A program made the position numbers and the translations under genes. The notes beneath the pieces are model-generated. The model was not told the DNA's origin, made no database searches, and saw only the letters and a list, made by a program, of their open reading frames with translations. From the IMG/VR virus record IMGVR_UViG_3300044647_001247, positions 32,001 to 96,000 of that record: a stretch of DNA of 64,000 bases, one strand, 5' to 3'. Of the stretch, positions 17,216-26,200 are shown in pieces. Source of the stretch: a virus. The number at the start of each line of letters is the position of its first letter. Position 1 is the first letter of the stretch.

Positions 17216-17869
17216 ATGTCTTGCGGATGCACACATACACCTTGTGAACCTTGTTGCTCTAGTTACGGATCATCTGTAAGCTATGTTCTTCCAGATTGTC
17301 CTGGTGGAGAACCTTGTGATGAAATAAGTGAAGCACCTTGTGTTTTATATAAGGGACCTAATCTTCCTGCTCTTGGTATAAGTAATAATGATAGACTCAT
17401 CACTATATTAACAAAACTTCATAAAGTGCTGAATGGTGTCATAACACCAACTATTCCATTAACTACTTATACAGCAACAAACACTACAACGCTACCTTCT
17501 ATTCCTACATTTAATATTAGTTATTTAGGACTTGGTCCTGTTTATACATCAACAGCAGGAGCAACAAGTTCTTCAACCACAATAACAGTGGGTTCTACAA
17601 CTAACCTTGTAATAGGTATGGTGGTAGAAGTTACTGCTGGTGTAGGTGCGTTTGCTACAAACACACTTGTTGTAACTATTCCTAGTGCAACTACATTTAC
17701 AGTTTCTCAAGTTCCTAGTACCCCTCTTTCTGGAGGAGCTACTGTTGTTACAGGAACGGGTTCTACACACACTATATTTAGTTTAAAAGTGGTAAAAAAT
17801 ATTCCTCAATCTTTTAAAGCGTTTACAGGTTCTGTAGTAACAGACTCTGGAACAGGAACAGTTGTATAA
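17216..17869 (+). CDS. Cys-rich virion protein
   Basis: MSCGCTHTPCEPCC N-terminus; CVLYKGPNLPALGI module homologous to the N-terminus of 15416-16642. Confidence 0.7.
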   Translation: MSCGCTHTPCEPCCSSYGSSVSYVLPDCPGGEPCDEISEAPCVLYKGPNLPALGISNNDRLITILTKLHKVLNGVITPTIPLTTYTATNTTTLPSIPTFNISYLGLGPVYTSTAGATSSSTTITVGSTTNLVIGMVVEVTAGVGAFATNTLVVTIPSATTFTVSQVPSTPLSGGATVVTGTGSTHTIFSLKVVKNIPQSFKAFTGSVVTDSGTGTVV

Positions 17870-17880
17870 AATTATAATAT

Positions 17881-18309
17881 ATGGCTTCTTTGTGCAATAC
17901 ATATAAAACCTTACAAGTTGCTTTTACAGCACCGGCAGTATCTCCTGCTAATGGATATTTAGTTAAATGGAGAATAGTTGGTGATACAAACTGGAATACA
18001 GTTACTCAAAATCAAAATCCCATCACTATAGCAGGTGTTCCTTCTTGTTATAATATTGAAGGTAGTATACAAGCTGATTGCGGTGGAGGAAACTTTGGTT
18101 CTCCTATAGTGTTTGCAATATCTTCAAGTTCTAATATTTGCAGACAAGTCACTCTATTACAGACAGCAGTTTATTATTATGTTGCTTGTAATAGTTCTGA
18201 ACAAGTGCAAATTATAAATAATGCTGCCACTCCACAAACAATCTGTATAAAAGATGGTACATTAAGTGGTGGAACATTCACTGATTTAAATACAAGTTGT
18301 AATATATAA
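17881..18309 (+). CDS. FN3/Ig-like virion protein
   Basis: TLQVAFTAPAVSPANGYLVKWR...EGSIQADCGGG; paralogous to next gene. Confidence 0.7.
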   Translation: MASLCNTYKTLQVAFTAPAVSPANGYLVKWRIVGDTNWNTVTQNQNPITIAGVPSCYNIEGSIQADCGGGNFGSPIVFAISSSSNICRQVTLLQTAVYYYVACNSSEQVQIINNAATPQTICIKDGTLSGGTFTDLNTSCNI

Positions 18310-18316
18310 TTAAGTT

Positions 18317-19240
18317 ATGGCCACATTAAGTGTATCGTTTACTCCTCCTGGAACACCCCCTGCAAATGGTTATAGGGTGCAATACTGGCTTGCATCAGAT
18401 CCTTCTACTATATTTACAGTGTCACCCAATCCTACATCATCTCCTGTTACTATTACAGGTCTTACTGGAACTTTTTATCAAGGTACTATAGAAGCTGATT
18501 GTGGTGGGGGGTTATATTCTTCTTTAAATACTTTTTCAGCCAATACAATAACAGGAGATCCTTGTTTATCAGGAAATACACTTGCTAATGCAAACTGTTC
18601 TCTTACTGAAACTAAAACATTTACACTATCTACAGGTTTTTCAACAACTGTAAATTTATATGGTTTTTATTATTCAGGAACAGGAATAAGAACTATATCA
18701 GGAAGACTGTTAAATAACAGTAATGCTTTAATCCAAGAGTTTACTTATACGCAAACAGGGGCTAGTGTAGGAACGACTAGTCCTAGTTTTTATACACTTA
18801 CTAATATATCAGGATCTGCTGTAAGTTATAAACTTCAAATTGACACTGTAATTTGCACCAACGGTACAGGTGTTGGAGCCATGACTGCTAGTGGTTGCAC
18901 ATCTACAAGTCCTTCTGTAGTAGTTAATAACGCTACATTCTCTGGTTTAACTATATCAGCAGTAACTGTTAATAGTGTTGCTGTAACATATGAAACAGGT
19001 GTTAACTTACCTATTGCATATTCAGGTTTAGGTTATTTTAGAACTACACAAGTGGGAACATTTAATATAGCTGTTTCATATAGCAATCCTGCTGTTTCTA
19101 GTCCAAGAGCTATACGTGTAACAGGTAGTAATGGTGTTTCTCAAACACAAACTTCTCAAGCAACAAGTGCAACACTTACATTTAGTAACGTAGTGGTAAA
19201 CACTTCACAATCTGTACAGATAGCTATTGTGCAGAGTTAA
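18317..19240 (+). CDS. FN3/Ig-like multidomain virion protein
   Basis: TLSVSFTPPGTPPANGYRVQYW...QGTIEADCGGG plus beta-rich C-terminal domains. Confidence 0.7.
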   Translation: MATLSVSFTPPGTPPANGYRVQYWLASDPSTIFTVSPNPTSSPVTITGLTGTFYQGTIEADCGGGLYSSLNTFSANTITGDPCLSGNTLANANCSLTETKTFTLSTGFSTTVNLYGFYYSGTGIRTISGRLLNNSNALIQEFTYTQTGASVGTTSPSFYTLTNISGSAVSYKLQIDTVICTNGTGVGAMTASGCTSTSPSVVVNNATFSGLTISAVTVNSVAVTYETGVNLPIAYSGLGYFRTTQVGTFNIAVSYSNPAVSSPRAIRVTGSNGVSQTQTSQATSATLTFSNVVVNTSQSVQIAIVQS

Positions 19241-19279
19241 AATATAAAGTCAGTGGTTTTGTTGGTTTACCCACACGAC

Positions 19280-19318
19280 AGGTCTCGGTGTTTCTACATT
19301 GAGACCTTAATTTTATTA
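19280..19318 (+). terminator. Rho-independent terminator
   Basis: AGGTCTCGGTGT-TTCT-ACATTGAGACCT followed by TAATTTTATT. Confidence 0.75.
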
Positions 19319-19402
19319 AACTGTTTATAAAATGTGCATAAAATATGTTAGAGTTATATAATATAATCTAACTTTATGCACCATATACCAAATACTAAAA
19401 TT

Positions 19403-20719
19403 ATGTCTTTAATTAATCAGGTGTATGGTTCTCTCAGATGGAAAAAAACTGATGAGTTCTGTGCGACAAAGTTAGGTGTTTCATTACAGAAATACCAAGA
19501 AATCAAAAAACAAATCTCAGAAACAAAACAACTGCTACAAGAAGAATTAGATTCTAGTCTTATAGAGTTTGTAGGTAAAAGAATGCTAGAACTTATTGAT
19601 GACGAAGGAATTAAGAATGAGTATGTTTTAGATATGAAATACAATCTACAAGATGCTATACTTTCTGAGAAAGAAAAGGTGATAGAATTTAGAGAAAATT
19701 TAGATGACTGCACTGCTGAAATTAAAGGAATAGCTTTTGTAGAACCAAAAAGTCCTGAAGAAATAATAAGGATTTTAAAAATTGACACTACAAAATGGAA
19801 GCTTAGCTCCTATTGGAATAAGCAACATAAAGACCATTGGCTTATTTCTGCCATGGTTACTCAAAAGACTTTAGAAGAAAAAGATTTTTTAAAGGAAGTG
19901 ATTGAAAACTTCCAGCCAAGTTATACACCAGTTGCAGAGGTGCATTTGAATGACACATTCGTTTTACCTACAGTGGGGGTTTTGAGTATTCAAGACCTTC
20001 ACTTTGGTAAAGAAGGTAATGATGGAGTGGCTGATGACTTTAGAGAAGCTATTAGTAATTTAGTATTAAAGGCTTATAAAAGTCATAAACTTGATAAAAT
20101 CATTTATGTATTTGGTGGTGATCTTTTAAACATGGATAGTTTTCATGGATCTACTACAAAGGGTACACCTGTAGATAATGATTTAAGAGCACAAGATGCT
20201 TATAAAATAGCATTTGATTCATTATACTGGAGTGTAAACTTTGTAAAACAATTTTGTAATAATCTCCATGTAGTGTATCTACCTGGTAATCATGATAGAC
20301 TTAGTAGCTATCATATGGCTCATGCTCTTTCCAAATGTTTTAATACAGCTTCTAATATCATATTTGATGTTGAATATGCTGAAAGAAAAGTTATTACTTA
20401 CGGTGATAACTTTTTTGCTTTTGAGCATGGTGATATTAGCTCAAAAAATACTCCTTTAGTATATGCAACAGAATTTCCAAAACAGTGGGGTGCAACAAAT
20501 TATAGAACTTGTTACACCGGTCACTGGCACCATAAGAAAACAACTCAGTATATATCTGAAAATGAAATACACGGATTTGCCATTAAACATCTTCCTTCTC
20601 TCTCTAAACCTGACTACTGGCATTACCATAACAAATATACAGGTGCTAAACGCCAAGCTATTATTGAAATCCATGATCAGAGGAAAGGTAAAATATCTGA
20701 GTTTGTATATACAGCGTAA
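19403..20719 (+). CDS. Calcineurin-like metallophosphoesterase with N-terminal HTH-like region (alternative start 19376)
   Basis: All five motifs present: DLHFG, GGDLLNMD, PGNHD, EHGD, GHWHH. Confidence 0.85.
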   Translation: MSLINQVYGSLRWKKTDEFCATKLGVSLQKYQEIKKQISETKQLLQEELDSSLIEFVGKRMLELIDDEGIKNEYVLDMKYNLQDAILSEKEKVIEFRENLDDCTAEIKGIAFVEPKSPEEIIRILKIDTTKWKLSSYWNKQHKDHWLISAMVTQKTLEEKDFLKEVIENFQPSYTPVAEVHLNDTFVLPTVGVLSIQDLHFGKEGNDGVADDFREAISNLVLKAYKSHKLDKIIYVFGGDLLNMDSFHGSTTKGTPVDNDLRAQDAYKIAFDSLYWSVNFVKQFCNNLHVVYLPGNHDRLSSYHMAHALSKCFNTASNIIFDVEYAERKVITYGDNFFAFEHGDISSKNTPLVYATEFPKQWGATNYRTCYTGHWHHKKTTQYISENEIHGFAIKHLPSLSKPDYWHYHNKYTGAKRQAIIEIHDQRKGKISEFVYTA

Positions 20720-20775
20720 ACCTGTAAGGTTTAGTTTTAAACTATAGAGATTTTTACGTAAATTATTAATGTAGA
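20717..20775 (+). promoter_or_regulatory. Inverted repeat plus late-promoter-like motif, copy 4
   Basis: TAAACCT-GTA-AGGTTTA-G-TTTTAAACT, then GTAAATTATTAATGTAGA; same architecture at 33954-34010. Confidence 0.6.
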
Positions 20776-20780
20776 CAACT

Positions 20781-21389
20781 GTGAGTAAACCATATAAAAA
20801 ACCAGATCTTAACGCTCCTAGGTATAGACCAAAGAAGTTAAATTTTACCAATGCTACTTTTTATGAGCAATTTGTAAAAGATAATCCTAAGTATTCAAGT
20901 CTCATCACTCTAGAAATGTTTAAGAATATAATTACCACGTTCAATGGTAAAATCTGGAAAACTGTGGTAGAAGACAGAGATGGTGTAGAACTTCCTGAGC
21001 AGCTTGGTTTTATTTTTATAGGTACATGTCCTCGTAAAAAAAGTAATATAGATTTTAATAAATCAGAGAAATATGGAGTAACACTCCAGAATCAAAACTG
21101 GGAGTCTGATCAGTATATAGCTAAGATATTCTATACAAATTTTGAAACTAAGTATAGGTTTAAACATCATGAGATGTGGGGATTTTCTGGTGTTAGAGAT
21201 TTCAAAAGAACAATAGGTCAAACCTATCCCAAAGAGTGGAAGAAGTATTTAATGGTTGATAACTTAGTGAGAATAAGTAGAATATTTAGAAAGCAAAGAT
21301 TCAAACAACATAAACAAGAATTAACTAAAGACCTTCTTGAAACATATGATGAATTTAATTTAGAAAATCCATGGGCAGAACTACAATAG
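20781..21389 (+). CDS. IHF/HU-like DNA-binding protein of crAss-like phages
   Basis: Basic 202-aa protein with DGVELPEQLGFIFI motif; syntenic position before ring/muzzle genes as in crAss-like phages. Confidence 0.6.
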   Translation: MSKPYKKPDLNAPRYRPKKLNFTNATFYEQFVKDNPKYSSLITLEMFKNIITTFNGKIWKTVVEDRDGVELPEQLGFIFIGTCPRKKSNIDFNKSEKYGVTLQNQNWESDQYIAKIFYTNFETKYRFKHHEMWGFSGVRDFKRTIGQTYPKEWKKYLMVDNLVRISRIFRKQRFKQHKQELTKDLLETYDEFNLENPWAELQ

Positions 21390-22045
21390 GAAACGTTATT
21401 TCAAGAATACGTACACAGGTTAAGGCTGTTAGGCAAGATGCTTTCTTGACTGATCGGGCCATTTATGCTTTTATATTAAAGCATAGTAAGTGGCTCATGA
21501 AAAGAGAAGATAGTAAAAATAAACTTCTTGGTTATTCTGGTATTATACAAACCTTGGATTTTGTTGAATTAGAAGAAATTGATAAAGTGGAAGCTAAGTG
21601 TACAGGAGTATCTTCAGATTGTGTTATTAAAAGAACTAAATCTGTAATGCCTGTATTTATGCAGGGATATTATGGTCCACTAATTAGAAGTGTAACTTCT
21701 TTAGATGCATCTGAAGAACTTCAAATTACCAATCCTAGTACGTATTTGGTAATGAGTAGAAGCAAAAACTTCAAATATAATAAAACTAAATACTATTGGT
21801 ATTTAAATGATTATTTATATTTTCCTAATTTAGAATGGGATGCTATTCGTGTAGAAGGAATATTTGAAGATGATATTTCTAATTTTACTTGTGCACAAGA
21901 TAGTTGTGTTCAGAAAGTTGATCAACCTTTTAATGTACCTGATTATCTTTCTGGTGAGATAGAAAATAATGTATTTAAAGATCTTGTAGGAATGCTTCAA
22001 CTACCCTCAGATGTAAGTGCAGATAAGCAAAATATAAGTAGATGA
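21371..22045 (+). CDS. Tail ring / tubular protein
   Basis: crAss-like synteny; KYYWYLNDYLYFPN...IRVEGIFED motif. Confidence 0.7.
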   Translation: MGRTTIGNVISRIRTQVKAVRQDAFLTDRAIYAFILKHSKWLMKREDSKNKLLGYSGIIQTLDFVELEEIDKVEAKCTGVSSDCVIKRTKSVMPVFMQGYYGPLIRSVTSLDASEELQITNPSTYLVMSRSKNFKYNKTKYYWYLNDYLYFPNLEWDAIRVEGIFEDDISNFTCAQDSCVQKVDQPFNVPDYLSGEIENNVFKDLVGMLQLPSDVSADKQNISR

Positions 22046-22908
22046 AAACAGAACTTTCATATAAAACATTTGATGAACTTCTTAGTGAGGTGGCAACAGA
22101 CTTTGCCACTTATAACAATGAGGGGATGATTGAACCAGGTCAACTTATCAAGGTGGCTCAAAGAGTTAGTTATGATTTGGGTCTTAGAATACATGGTACA
22201 AAAGAAAAAGTTTTAGAGGTAACAAATAAAAAAACAAAGCTTCCTGATGATTTTTATGTTTTAAACTATGCTTATTTATGTGGTAAGTATAGTGTTACAA
22301 ATGCTGTCCTATCAGGAAGACAAACAGAAGATGTTATTTTAAATAGTTCTTATTGTTCTAAATGTGGAGAGCCCGATCCTACATGCACTTGTGAAAAAAC
22401 ATACACTATTGAATGTAACACAGGAGAGAAGATATTTGTACAGGTGGTTGAAAAAAGAAAATATGAAACCAGGGTGTATGATAGTTTTACACCTATCAGC
22501 ATTGCAACATCTACTGGAAGAATAGATGCTCTAGATGATTCTAAACCAGCTGGTTATATTAAGAACAAGTTTATATACACTAATATAGAAGAGGGAAGTT
22601 TGTTTATATCTTATGAAGGTGCTCTAGAAGATGAACATGGAAACTTGTTAGTATTAGATCACCCTATGATTAATGAATATTATGAATATGCTTTTAAGCA
22701 AAGGATTCTTGAAAATCTATACATTAATGGAGAAGATGTAATGCAAAAAATGCAACTTATAGAACAGCGTCTTAGAGCTGCTCGTAATAATGCTTTAACA
22801 ATAGTGAACACTCCAAATTTTTCAGAAATGAAGAAATTATGGGAAACAAACCGTAAAGCTCAATATGGACGATATTATAATATGTTCAAATCAGGAGAAA
22901 GCTGGTAA
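22042..22908 (+). CDS. Tail ring / tubular protein
   Basis: ATGA overlap with previous gene; KLPDDFYVL and ISYEGALEDEHGNLLVLDHP motifs; Cys-rich insert CSKCGEPDPTCTC. Confidence 0.7.
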   Translation: MKTELSYKTFDELLSEVATDFATYNNEGMIEPGQLIKVAQRVSYDLGLRIHGTKEKVLEVTNKKTKLPDDFYVLNYAYLCGKYSVTNAVLSGRQTEDVILNSSYCSKCGEPDPTCTCEKTYTIECNTGEKIFVQVVEKRKYETRVYDSFTPISIATSTGRIDALDDSKPAGYIKNKFIYTNIEEGSLFISYEGALEDEHGNLLVLDHPMINEYYEYAFKQRILENLYINGEDVMQKMQLIEQRLRAARNNALTIVNTPNFSEMKKLWETNRKAQYGRYYNMFKSGESW

Positions 22909-23275
22909 CACCTTCAGACGTTGCAGCACAACTATACAGTTTACAACTTATGGATGTAAGCTTGTTATTGCTGTAGTGGATAGTGTTAAAAAAGAGGTGG
23001 AGAAATTATATAAAAAATACAAGATTGATGAGGAATTTGATGATGATGCAGAAGGGGCATTAGTAATGCCTGATATGAAAACTTATTATTTACTTCTAGG
23101 AAAGGCGTTCATCACTCATAACACTATAGCTCATGAAGTGTTTCATGCATCTGTAAGAATTACAGAACATCGTGGAATAACTGATGAAGAAACTCAAGCT
23201 TGGATGGCAGGGCACATTACAGAGATATTATATAAGTTTTTAGAAAAAAAGAAGTTAGAAGTAAAACATGGCTGA
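22865..23275 (+). CDS. Small zincin-like metallopeptidase (start uncertain)
   Basis: TIAHEVFHA (HExxH) followed by DEETQAW (candidate third-ligand Glu). Confidence 0.7.
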   Translation: MDDIIICSNQEKAGNTFRRCSTTIQFTTYGCKLVIAVVDSVKKEVEKLYKKYKIDEEFDDDAEGALVMPDMKTYYLLLGKAFITHNTIAHEVFHASVRITEHRGITDEETQAWMAGHITEILYKFLEKKKLEVKHG

Positions 23276-26200
23276 GCAACAACAAAATCCTGGAGTGATC
23301 ACTAACACCTTTAGTAATGGTATGGTGAAAGACTACAATGAAACATTTGTAGGAGAAGGATTATATACTCATGCTCGCAATGTTGTAAGTAATTCACATG
23401 ATGGTCAGCTTGGTGTAAAAGGTAATGAGCCAGCTAACTTAAGTTGCATCACTCTTCCTTATAGCTTAATAGGATGTATTCATCTTTCTGATGATCAATG
23501 GTCTGTATATACAACAGATGATACTAATTCTGAGATAGGAATATTTGATGAAAGTCAATGCACTTATACAAAGGTGGTAAATGATCCATGTTTAGGATTT
23601 AAAAGATCTAACTTAATTACAGGTGCTTCACGTAAACGTTATGATTGCGATAGACCTGTTTATTGGGTTGATGCACTGAATCCAGATAGATTTATGGATC
23701 TTAGTAATCCCCCTTTTAAATATATAGAAACTATAGTTGATGGTTGTAAAGTAAAAACTATAACACAACCTTTACAGCTTGATTGTGAAAAGATAAGACT
23801 TGCATCTTTAATACAACATCCTTGTTTAATCTTAAATAAAGGAAAAGTTGCAGGAACTTTACCTAATGGTTCTTATCAAGTTGCTATAGCTTACACTGAA
23901 GATGGTGTTAGATTAACCGGGTATATTGGAATATCAGAAGTACAATCATTATTTACACATGAAAATGTTAGTTCTTCTTTAGAACTATCAATTACTACTA
24001 TAGATACAACATTTGACGAATTTGAGTTAGTTGTAATTGGTCGTATTAATGGTACAACAGTAGTTAAAAAAATAGGAAACTACTCAACCTCACAAGGTAA
24101 AATATACATTGACAGGTGGGATCAAGAGTTTGAAACAGTGCCAATTAGTCAAGTGGTATTTAGAGGAGACTCTTCTGAAAAAAGTGATGCTATATACGAA
24201 GTGAATAATTATTTATTAAAAATTGGAGACTATTCAAAGTTTAAATTTAATTATCAAAAACAAGCTAATAATATAAATGTTAGTTGGACAGCTGTTCAAT
24301 ATCCTTCTAATTATTATTTTAAAGGTGGAAATAATACTGGTTATTTAAGAGATGAACAATATTCATTTTTTATAAGATGGGTATACAACACTGGTGAACG
24401 TTCTGAGTCCTATCATATACCTGGAAGAGATGCTCTAGCTAGTGATAGAACTTTAGTAATGGGAGATGATGCTTTTGAAACATCTGGTATAGATTCTATT
24501 ACAAGAGAAAGATGGCAGGTGTATAATACAGCCACTTTAGATAATCTAAATAGTTACACTCTTTCTGATGGAGGGCTTGTTATAGCATCAGGTAAAATGG
24601 GATTTTGGGAAAGCACTGAAAAATATCCAGATAACACTCCTGATATTTGGGGAACATTATGTGGAAAAAACATTAGACATCATAAGATGCCTGATGAAAC
24701 TACAGCTCCATCCTTAAATTTATTTTCAAATAATGGTAAATTTATTAATATTCTTGGAGTTAACTTTAGTAATATAACTCATCCTTTAGACAACCAAGGT
24801 AATCCTATACAGTCAATTGTAGGATATGAATTATTAAGAGGATCTAGAGAAGGTAATAAATCTATTATTGGAAAAGGACTGCTTAATAATATGAGGGAAT
24901 ATTCTATTCCTAATCAAACAACTAAAGGGCTTTTTCAAAATTATCCATACAATGATTTAAGACCAGATCCTTATTTAACAGATTCTCCTAATTTAGATGG
25001 TCAATCTGCATTAAAAGGACAAGCTAATGTTTCCACTTCAAAAATGAGTGGCTATAAAAAGAATATATTTTCATTTCATAGTCCTGATGTAACTTTTTCC
25101 AATCCTTTTTTAAATGCCAATGAACTAACTATTTATCAGGAAGTGTATGGTGAATCTAATGGTAGATTTGTTAATTCTTGGAAACATCCTAAATTTAAAG
25201 TTTTAAGTAATTTTAGTTCAGTTTTCGGAGATGTAGCTTCTATAATAAGCACAGTTCAAACAGCTCTTGGAGCACTTGGAGGAGGTCTTGATTTAAAAAT
25301 TGAAGCTGATAAAGATGCTCCTGTATCAACAGGACTAACTTTAAATCCAAACTATGCTGGAGATACAGTTACTGTTTTTGGTTCAGGTGCCTCACCTTTA
25401 ACTATTGCACAGTTTATTGCAGCAGGTGTTGCAAATGGACTTTTAATAGGTGCGTTGATAGGAACAGGTATTCTACCAGCAATGTATAAACAACAGTATT
25501 TAAGACTTTTTATATATTTAATTCCTAAAAAACAATACTCAGCTCAATATAATTCACATGGTGTTTATGATGGAGGAGCCATACCAAAAAAAATAGGTAA
25601 TAAAAGAAGAAAGATTAAAGAAGCATTATATATAGGAAGTGGAAATAGCCAGTTTAATTCTGACTATTTTGTTAATAACACAGCTAGAAGTAATGTAGTT
25701 GTTTTAGAAACTGAAAAAGATTTGGATGATCCAACCACTACAGACAATAGTAGAGTGACATTAGGTGAAGCAAATAGTAATTTATATCAAAATATTAAAA
25801 CAACTATATCAAGTCACTATGGTGCTTTAAAAATTAGCATACCTTCTCAATATGGTCAATTAGGTGGAATAAAACAATTTCCTATAAATGGAGGTTGTAT
25901 TTTTAACACTACACCTGATAAGACTAAAAAGTTTAATACATCTTCTCCACTTTTTAACGGAGACACTTATATAAATAAATTTACTGAAAAAAACACAATG
26001 TTCTTTTTCACTGATTGGATGATTGGTGAGCCTGATAGAACTGAATGGGATTACACTTTATATATGTATATTCCCTATCCAAGATTTTGGATAAATAATG
26101 TAGAAGAAAATGTAGCTTTTTTAGAAGCAGCTGATAATTATAGATCATTAGATAAAAGAACATCTGGTTTCTTACATGTAAGTTCTGGATATTTTTATTT

